This document shows positions 17,511-31,800 of a stretch of DNA of 64,000 nt, piece after piece. The DNA is taken from assembly GCF_009914755.1 (NCBI RefSeq), contig NC_060925.1, one strand, 5' to 3'. Below the pieces are notes generated by a model. It did not search any database, was not told the DNA's origin, and saw only the letters and a program-made list of their open reading frames with translations. Every line of letters starts with the position of its first letter. Position 1 is the first letter of the stretch. Made by a program: the position numbers and the translations under genes. The stretch comes from the human T2T-CHM13v2.0 reference genome, Homo sapiens.

Positions 17511-18424
17511 CATAATGCCACATTCAAATAACATTTATTATGGGCAAGGCAACACTGGGTCCTAGGGAGCGAAAGTGGGGGGATATGAGGATGTGAAAGG
17601 CAGCCATATTGTTCCTTATTAAATATGGACAGTGAATACAGGAGGAAAGCAAGTGAAAGTTTCACTTATACCCAAACAATCAAATGGATAAGAAGGACTC
17701 AAGAATTGTATTACACTTGGATTTCTAAAAACCGGGAGCAATGTTTCCCATTCCTATACTTAAATCTTGTCTAAGCCAAGCAGTGGCTATTTAATCTGTA
17801 GTCCAATTTTAATGTTATGTTATTTTAGAGTTCAACTTGGTGTGTCAGATTCATTAGCATGACAATACTGGAGGCAGAGATAAAGCTAGAGAGCTTTAAA
17901 GCTGGAAGGAGCGGGAATGTGTGGGTTAAGACAACCAACTCCCATTTGAGTCCTAACTGAGAATGTCATTAGGCCCTGGACAAGGTGCAGACATGGCTCA
18001 GTCAATTCCTACCCATGTAAAGGAAGGATTTCTTCTCTCTCTGGGGACTGCACCGAGAGTCCAGAAATCATTATCTCTCAGAGAGGCAGGATGTGGGTGG
18101 GTTAATAACAACTTGTGTTTCCACCGCACGGACTATTTCAGGGCCTGCATCTTAAGGCATCCCACGACATCCCGGGGAGGGAGGGAGAGGATATTTCTCT
18201 GTCAATGGAGAGGAAATGGCCATCTGGAGAGCTTTTGTGGTTTCCCCATCATCCCTCAGAAAGGCAATAATTGAGCTAATACCTAGAGCGCAAGTATTTG
18301 GCTTTCCTATTCAGCTGTGCAGCTACCCAAATCCTGCCTGCTCTGCCTCAAGAGACTCCAAGCTCATCTCCTGCTTCCATTCCCAGCCTCCTCCAGGCCT
18401 GTCCACTCAGCAGCCAGATTCATC

Positions 18425-18727
18425 TTTCTTTTTTCTTTTTTTTAAGAAACAAGGTCTCACTCTGTCACCCAGGCTGGAGTGCAATGGCGCAATCACAGCT
18501 CACTGCAGCCTCAACCTCCCCGGGCTGAAGCCATCTTCCCACCTCAACCTCCCGCGTAGCTGGGACTGCAGGCTCATGCCACCACACCTGGCTAACTTCT
18601 TATTTTTCTAGAGACACGGTTTCACTTATGTTGCCCAGGTTGGACTCAAACTCCTGGGCTCAAATGATCCTTCCGCCTCAACCTCCCAAAGTACTGGGAT
18701 TACGGATGTGAGCCACTGCACCCAGCC
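18425..18727 (-). mobile_element. AluJ
   Basis: Alu consensus match. Confidence 0.88.
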
Positions 18728-18729
18728 TC

Positions 18730-19270
18730 ATCTCCTTAAATCCAGTCACAGTACTTTCCCGCTCAAAACCCTAGATTCAATGGCTACCAATTGCTCTTGG
18801 GATAAAGTCCACTACCTTCCCACAGCCTGCAGGGCCCTGCTGCCCTGCCCCCTGCCCTCTGCTTGTTTCCCCAGCCTCTCCCAAGTTCCTTCTGTCTTCA
18901 CTTGCTGTGTTCCAGCCACACTGACCATCACACTCCTTCCCCTCCTCAGGGCATTTGAACATGTGACTCTCTGTCCCCTCTTCTATGTCTCCTACTTAAC
19001 CCTCAGGTCTCTACCTAAAAATCGCTTCCTCAAAGAAACCATCCCCGACCCCACAGACTCCTGTTACACTCTCTTTATCATCCTGCATTTCTCCAATGGC
19101 ACTTATCACAGTCATTGCTATGTGATTGTGTGATTAGTTAAGCTTCTGTCTCCTCAACTAGAAAGAGAATGCAAGCCCCAAGAGGGAAAGGATCATACTT
19201 GTCTTGTTCATCACTGTGTCTCCAGCATCTAACATAGTGTCTGGCTCAAAATAGACAAAATAAATAATTG
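18730..19270 (+). mobile_element. L2 3' portion
   Basis: cttgttcatcactgtgtctccagcatctaacatagtgtctggc. Confidence 0.7.
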
Positions 19271-19544
19271 GGGACAAAACAGACCAGCTGAACGGAGTCT
19301 CCATGGCAGGATTCTGAGCCTTCAGGGATCCTCCCATGGGTCCTGGGTTGATGTCCCAGGGCTAAGGTACTGGCCTGAGATCAGAAACTAGGATAAGCTA
19401 AGGGAACAGGAGTGACGTGGGTGTAATAGAAAGAATGTCATATATTAGTGGAAAAGATCAAGCAGACGCCCAAAGACTGTGACAGTGAAACAAGAATGAG
19501 AGAGAAATGTAAACATTAAAAATGAAAAACATTATATGCAGATC

Positions 19545-19730
19545 ACAACTGGATGACCTAGGGTAAGTTTCCTAAGCACTTCTGGGCTTCAGTTTCTTCA
19601 TTCTAAAAATGATGATAAAAATAGTACTCTTATAGTTGAGGTAAGGATTGATGAGATGATACTTGTAAAGAATTTAGAGCGATGCCTGACACTAGAAATC
19701 AATCAAAACATGTTGTTATTATTGAATATG
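19545..19730. mobile_element. MIR
   Basis: ctgggcttcagtttcttcatt...aaaatgatgata. Confidence 0.65.
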
Positions 19731-20049
19731 AAATGTCTTCACCGGGGGCAATTCTGACAAAAATCAGAATTATGATGCATTTTGCAAATGTAACCCACTT
19801 ATGGCATCTTTTAAATTATTTATTAAACTTCAAGAGTTATTTATAGCTGATGTCGTGGAGCATATCAGCATTAAAGGTTATCCCTTTCAACAAGGAGAAA
19901 TCAATGCTGTTAGGTTAGCTGGGATATTTTGGATGAGCTCATGTTATATGTTTTCGTTTTGAGAATAACACTGTCAAAGAGCTGAAAATAACCATGTTAT
20001 TCTGACAAACACAGGGGGAAATCTGTGGACTAATCTGAGATTCCTTTAA

Positions 20050-20364
<315 letters not shown>

Positions 20365-20544
20365 ACTGGCCATTATTAAGCAACTGGAAACCTGGGCTGG
20401 TCTCAGGCAAAACAGTGCAATAGCGTGAGTGTTTTCGATTACCTGTTTCCACATTCAACTCTTTAACCCTGTGACTCCCCACTATGTGCCAGGTCCAGGC
20501 TGGTGCTGGGAATACTTTAGTGAGTAAGGTAAATTTGGTCTCTT

Positions 20545-21210
20545 CCCTCACATAATATTGGCAACAATTTTGAGGTCTGACAGTTTCAAATTTGGAGAGG
20601 ATGTGGAGCAACAGGAACAGTGTAGCAGTAGCTGGTAAATGGGAGGCTCACATACAGTTCTCCTCCCAGGCTTTCTACTCAGACATGTGCCTAAGGAGAC
20701 AGGAACACAGCAGAATGTGCACATGAAACTGCAAACAATCCAAATGTCCATCAACGAGTAATGCACAAATATATATGGCAGAGCCGTACAAAGGAATGTT
20801 ATGCAGTAGTAAAGACGAAGCCAAAAAAGCTGGATGTGTGAATATGGATGAATCTCACAGTTAGTATATTGAAGTCCCTTCCTTCCCAAAGTGAGTTTCA
20901 GAGCCCATAAATATAATACCATTTATGTGAAGCTTGAAAACATGCGAAGCACTACCATACAGTATGTTGTTTAGAGATACATACATGTAGAGAACCGCAT
21001 GCGCATGTTAAACACCAGATTCAGGAAATTAGTCACTTGGCAGTGGGGAAGGCAGTGTGTTCCAGGAAAAGGGATGAGGTTAGTGGAGGGTACGCAGAGG
21101 CTTCTGCTGTGTTGAACTTCTTAAGCAGGGTGATGGGTCGGGGAGTGTTCATTACACCATTGTATAGGTCTTACATATTTCATAATATACTAAAAATATA
21201 TAAAATATCA
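20545..21210 (+). mobile_element. Old L1 (L1ME-like) fragment
   Basis: gagaggatgtggagcaacaggaac; aaacaatccaaatgtccatcaa; atggatgaatctcaca. Confidence 0.7.
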
Positions 21211-21239
21211 TGGGATTATGGCTATGAGAAGGAGAGCAA

Positions 21240-21725
21240 AGAGAGCTAAGGGCACCCATAGCAGAAGCAGATAGAATCAAGGAAGACTTTTTAGATTAAG
21301 TGACATTTAAGACACAGTAGGAGTTAAACTGAGAGAGAGAGGAGGAAGTTCATTCCAGGAAGAGGGAAGAGGATGTCAGGAGGCCCAGAGGTAAGAGAAA
21401 GCTTGGCAGAGGAATTGAAAGAAATGTCATAGAGTTGAAGTATATAGAGTGCATCAGGAATTTGTACCCTATCCTAAGGGCCACAGGGAGTCAGTCCCAG
21501 GGGTTTTAATTTGAAGCAAGGGAGTGCCATGGTCAGACGTCTATTCTGGAGGATCTGTCCGCTGGGCTGCAGCATGCAGAGGGCTTGGAGGATGTGGGAC
21601 TGGCTTCAGGGAGACAAGTTTGGGGGCTGGTTCATAGATGGTGTGGTGGTGAGTGTAGGGAGAGCCCGTGGACAGGGTGGATAGAGTGAACACGTATTTA
21701 GGAGATAAAACAGACATGACCAGGT
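21240..21725 (-). mobile_element. L2 fragment
   Basis: Purine-rich antisense L2 motifs (cattccaggaagagggaa; aagcaagggagtgccatggtcaga). Confidence 0.55.
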
Positions 21726-22079
21726 TGGCTGTCTCCAGGGTTCTCCGGCCCTCCTTGTTTCCATAAAAACCATTTACATGCAGCATCTTATAGTAGACAT
21801 TTCTGGAAAAACAGGTAGACTAGACTGGGTGGATGTCTGAGTTCTGAAGAATATCTGTGTCTACTGAGTTATTTGACAGCTTTAGAGTTTGGCAGACCTG
21901 ATTTCAGCCCTGCCACTCGCTGCTTCGTAATACTGGGCTTGGCACTCTCCAAGCCCCAGTTTCATCATCTCTTAAACAGAAAAAACATTTCCTCTTATTG
22001 ATGAAAATAAATCATGAATATAAAGCACGTAGTTCAATTCCTGGAAGGTAGTAAGCAACCAATAAATGTTACCCCTCCC

Positions 22080-22545
<466 letters not shown>

Positions 22546-22680
22546 TCAGGTCCAAGTTTCAGTTTGTGAATCACAAGCCTGAAAATTCCCAAAGACCCAG
22601 CAGAACATGAGACCTGCACATGGCACAAAGCCTGGTGGGCTGTGCTCCTGCCTGTGAACCTGGTTCCTGTTCCTTCACAG

Positions 22681-22828
22681 GTCCAAGTGGGTTCCCCGGG
22701 GCGACTACATCGCCTCCAACACGGACGAATGCACAGCCACACTGATGTACGCCGTCAACCTGAAGCAATCTGGCACCGTTAACTTCGAATACTACTATCC
22801 AGACTCCAGCATCATCTTTGAGTTTTTC
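22681..22828 (+). CDS. ELAPOR1: Exon 4 (148 nt): SKWVPRGDY...SIIFEFF
   Basis: tccttcacag|, |gtaagc. Confidence 0.97.
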
Positions 22829-23302
22829 GTAAGCCCCTGGCCAAGGTGGAGGGTGGGAGCTAAAAAGCCTCTCTGGGGTTCAGATCCGTTTGAGGAATCC
22901 ATCATGAGTGTAGCCCTGCTTGGGGGAATCACTGTTGTTTTCTCTCTGGAGAGAGCTGTGGGCAAAATGAGCTGAGGCCCAGGAGGCAAGAAGAAAAGGC
23001 AAAAGTGAAAGGACTATTGGGGGAAGAATTGTCTGGCAGATTTCTAAGTGTTTTATCCAGCTCAGACATGAAAACAGCACATCTGAGTTACAAGTTATTT
23101 CTTTGGTGTCAACGCTCATTTTGTGTGTGTGACTAACTCCTGCCCTACTTTGAGGCTCATGTGTTTTGAGCTCAATCCCTAAAGGAAATTGGCAACTCTT
23201 CCCATATAAAGAAGGGCCCTCTGGAGGGCTGGTGCAATGTGGGGAAAGGTATCCATTTCCTTAGAAAGCTGAGACTCTGGTCCCAAACTCTTTTTATGTC
23301 AG

Positions 23303-23383
23303 GTTCAGAATGACCAGTGCCAGCCCAATGCAGATGACTCCAGGTGGATGAAGACCACAGAGAAAGGATGGGAATTCCACAGT
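23303..23383 (+). CDS. ELAPOR1: Exon 5 (81 nt): VQNDQCQ...GWEFHS
   Basis: ttttatgtcag|, |gtgagt; phase 0-0. Confidence 0.96.
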
Positions 23384-23444
23384 GTGAGTATCACACCAGC
23401 CTTCTCCCAGAGATCCCAGAAAAGGGACCCAGGGCCTTTCCTCA

Positions 23445-24055
<611 letters not shown>

Positions 24056-24288
24056 TCATGGTATATATGATCCAGGGAGTGGTGGGAGGGTTGTAAGAGG
24101 AGGCTTAGAAAGAGAGAGGAGCTGTGCTAAGTTGGGAAGAAGGACAGAGCTGAGGAAGAGGAGGAAGAGGGTCAGAAGAAGCATTACCATGCAGTTAGTA
24201 AGAGAAGTCATCCCAACAAGAGGCTATACCAACAGATTAGCGAGATTTTTCTCTGTGATGAATGAATGCTCCTGTTTGTGGTTTTTAG

Positions 24289-24394
24289 GTGGAGCTAAAT
24301 CGAGGCAATAATGTCCTCTATTGGAGAACCACAGCCTTCTCAGTATGGACCAAAGTACCCAAGCCTGTGCTGGTGAGAAACATTGCCATAACAG
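24289..24394 (+). CDS. ELAPOR1: Exon 6 (106 nt): [12 protein letters not shown]...NIAIT
   Basis: gtttttag|, |gtactg. Confidence 0.96.
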
Positions 24395-24502
24395 GTACTG
24401 AGAGCAGGGTTACTGACTTCCTGGGCTGTTGACTTTGCAGTCTCCTGGGGACTCAGTCTCCAGGCTGAATCCTTGCTTTTCTGTGCTCTTCCTCCTCCCT
24501 AG

Positions 24503-24652
24503 GGGTGGCCTACACTTCAGAATGCTTCCCCTGCAAACCTGGCACGTATGCAGACAAGCAGGGCTCCTCTTTCTGCAAACTTTGCCCAGCCAACTCTTAT
24601 TCAAATAAAGGAGAAACTTCTTGCCACCAGTGTGACCCTGACAAATACTCAG
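24503..24652 (+). CDS. ELAPOR1: Exon 7 (150 nt): [13 protein letters not shown]...DPDKYS, Cys-rich
   Basis: cctccctag|, |gtgatg (weak donor); phase 1-1. Confidence 0.96.
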
Positions 24653-24830
24653 GTGATGTTTCTGAGGGTGGGAAGAGTTTGGGGATAGAGAGTACCACCA
24701 AAACACACAAGGAGATACCAGGGAATAGAGCCATCCTTCTGGCCAAGCTGAGGATGGTAATTCTTAAACCCTTCCTTTCTGGATCCTGGAATACCCTTGC
24801 CAATCCATATATCCATTAATCACTTTGTCA

Positions 24831-25225
24831 TTTTTTTTTTTTTTTGAGATAGGGTCTCACTTTATCACCCAGGCTGAAGTGCCGTGGTGCGATCATAGCT
24901 CACTGCAGCCTCAAACTCCCTGTCCCAAGCAATCCTCCCGCCTCAGCCTCCTGAGTAGCTAAGACTACCAGCGTGCCCCACCACACCCAGCTAATTTTTT
25001 ATTTTTATTTTTATAGAGACAGGGGTCTTGCTAGTTGCCCAGGCTGGTCTTGAACTCCTGGGCTCAAGTGATCCTCCTGCCTCAGCCTCTCAAGCTGTGA
25101 GCCTATAATCTCAGCACTTTGGGAGGTCAAACCGGGAAGATCAATTGGGCCTAGGAGGTTGAAGCTTCAGTGAGCCATGATCACACCACTGCACTACAGC
25201 CTGGGTGACAGAGTAAGACCCTGTC

Positions 25226-25267
<42 letters not shown>
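24831..25267. mobile_element. Antisense AluJ (24831-~25098) fused head-to-head with a sense Alu monomer ending in a 39-nt A tract
   Basis: Orientation switches at ...cctcagcctctcaagctgtga/gcctataatctcagcactttgggagg. Confidence 0.85.
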
Positions 25268-25271
<4 letters not shown>

Positions 25272-25541
25272 TCAATAAATATTGAGCCTCTCCTATCTAC
25301 CAGGCCCTATTCTATGTGCTTGGAATACGTCAGTGAACAAAACAGACAAAGGTCCCTGTTTTTATGGGGTTTACATTCGGGGGTGGGGGGAAGAGAGACA
25401 ATAAACAAAAAGAAATAGATGATACATATATAATAAATTATATAGTATGTGAGATGGTAAAAAGTGCCATGGTGTCATGGCAAAAAGAAAAAGCAGCTCA
25501 GAGCTAGAGGGATTAGGGAAGCTAAGGAAAGGGTTGCAATC

Positions 25542-25834
25542 CTTTTTTTTTTGAGACGGAGTCTTTCTCTGTCGCCCAGGCTGGAGTGCAGTGGCGCGAT
25601 CTCAGCTCACTGCAAACTCTGCCTCCCAGGTTCATGCCATTCTTCTGCCTCAGGCTCCTGAGTAGTTGGGACTACAGGCGCCCGCCACTGCGCCCGGCTA
25701 ATTTTTTGTATTTTTAGTAGAGACAGGGTTTCACTGTATTAGCCAGGGTGGTCTCGATCTCCTGACCTCGTGATCCGCCCGCCTCAGCCTCCCAAAGTGC
25801 TGGGATTATAGGCATGAGCCACCGCGCCCGGCCT
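25542..25834 (-). mobile_element. AluY
   Basis: TSD gggttgcaatc. Confidence 0.9.
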
Positions 25835-25845
25835 GGGTTGCAATC

Positions 25846-26319
<474 letters not shown>

Positions 26320-26362
26320 AGTGGTGAAATTTTAAATGAAACATTATATAAGATTATAATAT

Positions 26363-26671
<309 letters not shown>

Positions 26672-27414
26672 TTATAACATAAACAGTAGATACTGTAGAT
26701 TTAAAATGTATAAATTTATACATTTTAACGTATAACAATTATTATCAAAGTTAATTTCATGAGCCTATATTGATGAACAAGAAGATTTTGATAACAAGGT
26801 CTAAAGATGCAAATGACAATCTTTTATCAACCTGAGAGCATTCATTGAAGTCAAATCAGGCATTCTGGGAAATCTAGGTTTCCTTGTAACACAATTTGCA
26901 AACCACTGCTCTGAGGGAAAGTAAGGGGACAGCAGGAAGCAGCCTGTTTTTATTGTTTGAGGATAGCTTCCTAAAGCATTCCAATTTGAGAAATAGGACG
27001 TGGTTATTTGAGGGAGTTCCAGGGGGTATCGAGGCTCTGATGTGGGATGGGCAGTGCCAGCAGATGGCTTTCTGCTCAGACAGTCCAGACATTGGTATGA
27101 GGGCCAACCTCCAAGACAGGTTCTGAAACAAACAAGAAGGGAGAGAGAAGCAGTCCCATCTTTTCCCCAGAAACACTCACAACTATTCTACTTTTCCTTT
27201 TTTACACAGTTTATATGTAAACCCAGCACAAGGCCCTCTCTCAAACAGACCTACATATCCCTACAAAGACATGCCAAACTTCACACAGGTGTGAAAGTAT
27301 GTGTTTGCTCAGCCAAGACCAGCCACTGACCTTGTGAATTGCTTGTTTCTACACTATTCCTAAAACAAAAGTCATATTTACCTACACAGATCTTGCCAAA
27401 TGAGTGCAGTTTTC

Positions 27415-28449
27415 TTTTTTTTTCTTTTTTTTTTTTTTTTTAATTGATCATTCTTGGGTGTTTCTCGCAGAGGGGGATTTGGCAGGGTCACAGGACAATA
27501 GTGGAGGGAAGGTCAGCAGATAAACAAATGAACAAAGGTCTCTGGTTTTCCTAGGCAGAGGACCCTGCGGCCTTCCGCAGTGTTTGTGTCCCTGGGTACT
27601 TGAGATTAGGGAGTGGTGATGACTCTTAAGGAGCATGCTGCCTTCAAGCATCTGTTTAACAAAGCACATCTTGCACCGCCCTTAATCCATTCAACCCTGA
27701 GTGGATACAGCACATGTTTCAGAGAGCACAGGGTTGGGGGTAAGGTCACAGATCTACAGGATCCCAAGGCAGAAGAATTTTTCTTAGTACAGAACAAAAT
27801 GAAAAGTCTCCCATGTCTACCTCTTTCTACACAGACATGGCAACCATCCGATTTCTCAATCTTTTCCCCACCTTTCCCCCCTTTCTATTCCACAAAACCG
27901 CCATTGTCATCATGGCCCGTTCTCAATGAGCTGTTGGGTACACCTCCCAGACAGGGTGGTGGCCGGGCAGAGGGGCTCCTCACTTCCCAGTAGGGGCGGC
28001 CGGGCAGAGGCGCCCCTCACCTCCTGGACGGGGCGGCTGGCCGGGCGGGGGGCTGACCCCCCCACCTCCCTCCCGGACGGGGCGGCTGCCGGGCAGAGAC
28101 GCTCCTCACTTCCCAGACGGGGTGGCTGCTGGGCGGAGGGGCTCCTCACTTCTCAGACCGGGCGGCTGCCGGGCGGAGGGGCTCCTCACTTCTCAGACGG
28201 GGCGGCCGGGCAGAGACGCTCCTCACATCCTGGACGGGGCGGCAGGGCAGAGGTGCTCCCCACATCTCAGACGATGGGTGGCCGGGCAGAGACGCTCCTC
28301 ACTTCCCAGATGGGATGGCGGCCGGGAAGAGGCGCTCCTCACTTCCCAGACGGGGTGGCGGCCGGGCAGAGGCTGCAATCTCGGCACTTTGGGAGGCCAA
28401 GGCAGGCTGCTGGGAGGTGGAGGTTGTAGCGAGCCGAGATCACGCCACT
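27415..28449 (-). mobile_element. SVA retrotransposon (SVA_D-like), 5'-truncated within the Alu-like region, antisense in intron 7
   Basis: poly(T) tail, SINE-R (gatcattcttgggtgtttctcgcagagggggatttggcagggtca...), GC-rich VNTR, partial Alu-like segment; perfect TSD ATGAGTGCAGTTTTC at 27400-27414 and 28450-28464. Confidence 0.96.
27940..28372. repeat. SVA VNTR (~35-50 bp GC-rich units)
   Basis: Repeated gccgggcagaggggctcctcacttcccagacgggg-type units. Confidence 0.93.
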
Positions 28450-28816
28450 ATGAGTGCAGTTTTCAACTAAAACAGAAATCTTTAGATCTTGGGGGAAGTT
28501 TTTATCTGTAAGTCTAGATTCCTGTTTTTCCACTTGCATTTTTTATTCCTCTTCCCCACTCTGCTTCTATCAACAGCAACCTTTGTTAGCCTAAATCTCT
28601 GGCTCCCTTTATGGTCCAGCAGTTGGGCAGGGTTTGAATGGCAAGGTGGTTCTAGAAAAACTTCTCATAGAAGTGTTTTGATCAACTCTGTGTAAGCTGA
28701 TTTTTATCCAGAGTGCTGTTATAAAAGCATTAGGTTGGGAGTCTGAATTCTTGGAATCTATTTTCCTTCTGCCACTGATTTCTCAATGTGCCCCATTGAC
28801 TGAGAAGTGAGTTTTT

Positions 28817-29128
<312 letters not shown>

Positions 29129-29439
29129 AGTGAGTTTTTACTATGAGGAACATGGTCAACTTGTTGACAACCTCACCGGCTTGGGGTACAAAGAGAGTCA
29201 TATTTCTTTGAGACTTGACTCTTCCAGAATACAGGGTCAGTGAGAGACTGGGAAATTGCAGGGAGACTCTGATGATAGCCTATGATAGACTGTATGCAGG
29301 GAGTGACAGAAGGTCCATGCATTTACAAATATATTCTGAGTACCTGCCAGTTGCCAAGGACTAGCTTGGTGCTAGGGTTAGAGCTGGTGCCTGACCTCCA
29401 GCTTATGTTGAAAAGGAAATGTGGTTATATAAACACCTA

Positions 29440-29793
<354 letters not shown>

Positions 29794-29936
29794 GAATGTA
29801 GTGGAGGCAAAAAAGGAAAATGGTTAGTCCCCTCTAGAAAAGAAGGAAAAGTTTCACTCGCTAAGATCTGGAAAGATGAAAGGTTAATTAGTGATTTGGT
29901 GGGGGCAGGATGTTTGGGATAGAAGTGTGAGCAAAG

Positions 29937-30247
29937 GGCCAGGCGCAGTGGCTCACACCTGTAATCCTACCACTTTGGGAGGCCAGGGCAGGTGGATTGA
30001 CTGAGCTCAGGAGTTTGAGACCAGCCTGGGCAACATGGTGAAACCCCATCTCTACTAAAAATTCAAAAAATTGGCCGGGCATGGTGGCGGGCGCCTTTAG
30101 TCCCAGCTACTCGGGAGGCTGAGGCAGGAGAATTGCTTGAACCCGGGAGGCGGAGGTTGCAGGTTGCAGTGAGCCGAGATCATGCCACTGCACTCCAGCC
30201 TGGGTGACAGAGTGAGACTCTGTCTCCAAAAAAAAAAAAAAAAAAAA
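29937..30247 (+). mobile_element. AluS
   Basis: TSD agaagtgtgagcaaag. Confidence 0.9.
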
Positions 30248-30416
30248 GAAGTGTGAGCAAAGGCCAGAAAGCTCAGGAAACTGCAAATAATTCAGCTTGG
30301 CTGGAGATTAGGTGGCGAGAAGTTGCATCTAAGGCTGAGAAGCAGGCCGGAAACAGATTATGGAGCAGTCCTTCTGTGCTATTGTAGGGGCAAAAAATTG
30401 GGATTTGATCCTATCA

Positions 30417-30738
<322 letters not shown>

Positions 30739-31029
30739 TTAAATGAAGGATTTCAGCCAGTGCTTTTGAAAGACCACTCTGGCTGCCATGCAGAGGAGGG
30801 AGGGAATGCTGGAGGCAGAGGCTGTGGTAGGGAGATGTTGCAGCTGGCATCATTGCTGATGTCCAGGACCTAAACTAAGGTGGAATTAATGTGGGTGGAG
30901 ATTGGAGAACTCACAGGAGCATTGTGAAGGACAAAAGCCTGACTAAAAGCATCTTTCTCACTGGTCCCTAAAATTTGATCATTAGGTTTAATTTCTTTGT
31001 GTTATGTTTCATATTAGTGATCCATTTCC

Positions 31030-31440
31030 TAAACAGAATAGCATGAAGTTAAAGAGCATGGACTCCAGAACTAAATTACTAGGGCTCAAATCCCTGCTCC
31101 ACCAATTAGTAGCAGTGCCACCTTGGGCAAATTACTTATCTGTGCCTCCGTTTCTTTGTCTATAAAATGGGAAGGACAGCTGGGCACAGTGGCTATTGCT
31201 TGTAGTCTCAGCTACTGGGGAGGCTGACGCAGGAGGATCGTTCAAGCCCAGGAGTTAGAAGCTGAGTGAGCCATGATTGCTCCATCGCACTCCAGCCTGG
31301 GCATCAGAACAGGACCCCATCTCTTTAAAAAAAAAATGGGAATGACAATAATTATATCTGCCTCATAGTGTTATTGTGAGGATTGGTTAATACAGGTAAA
31401 GGATTTAGAAAGGGGCCTGGCATATAGTAAGCAGTAATTT
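31030..31440. mobile_element. MIR with an inserted Alu right monomer (~31178-31336)
   Basis: MIR core split at aaaatgggaa (duplicated) by an Alu arm. Confidence 0.8.
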
Positions 31441-31500
31441 TATTAATTCATTTACCTTAAGCCCTGTCCCAACACTCCTTTTTTAATATGAAAATACTCA

Positions 31501-31800
31501 GGCCAGCACTATGGCTCACACCTGTAATCCTAATACTTTGGGAGGCCGAGGCAGGAGGAGTGCTTGAGGCCGGGAGTTTGAGACCAGTCTGGGTAATAGA
31601 ACAAGACTCCTGTCTCTACAAAAATAAAAAAATTAGCCAGGTGTGGTGGCATGCACCAGTAGTCCCAGCTACTCAGAAGGCTGAGGTGGGAGGATCACCT
31701 GAGCCTGGGAGGTAGAGGCTGTAGTGAGCTGATTGCGCCACTGAACTCCAGCCTGGGTGACAGAGTGAGGCCCTGTCTCTAAAAAAAAGAAAAGAAAAGA
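31501..31800 (+). mobile_element. AluJ
   Basis: TSD gaaaatactc. Confidence 0.88.

Noticed and set aside
22697-22705. RGD tripeptide in exon 4
   Set aside because: The paralogous position in the second repeat is AGD within a W-x-x-x-G-D-x-I motif, so it is probably structural; no evidence of integrin binding
24395-24502. 108-nt intron 6 (a multiple of 3) as a possible in-frame retained intron
   Set aside because: It contains an in-frame TGA after about 12 codons ([12 protein letters not shown])
27448-28539. Several overlapping ORFs of up to 167 aa
   Set aside because: They come from the GC-rich, stop-poor SVA SINE-R and VNTR
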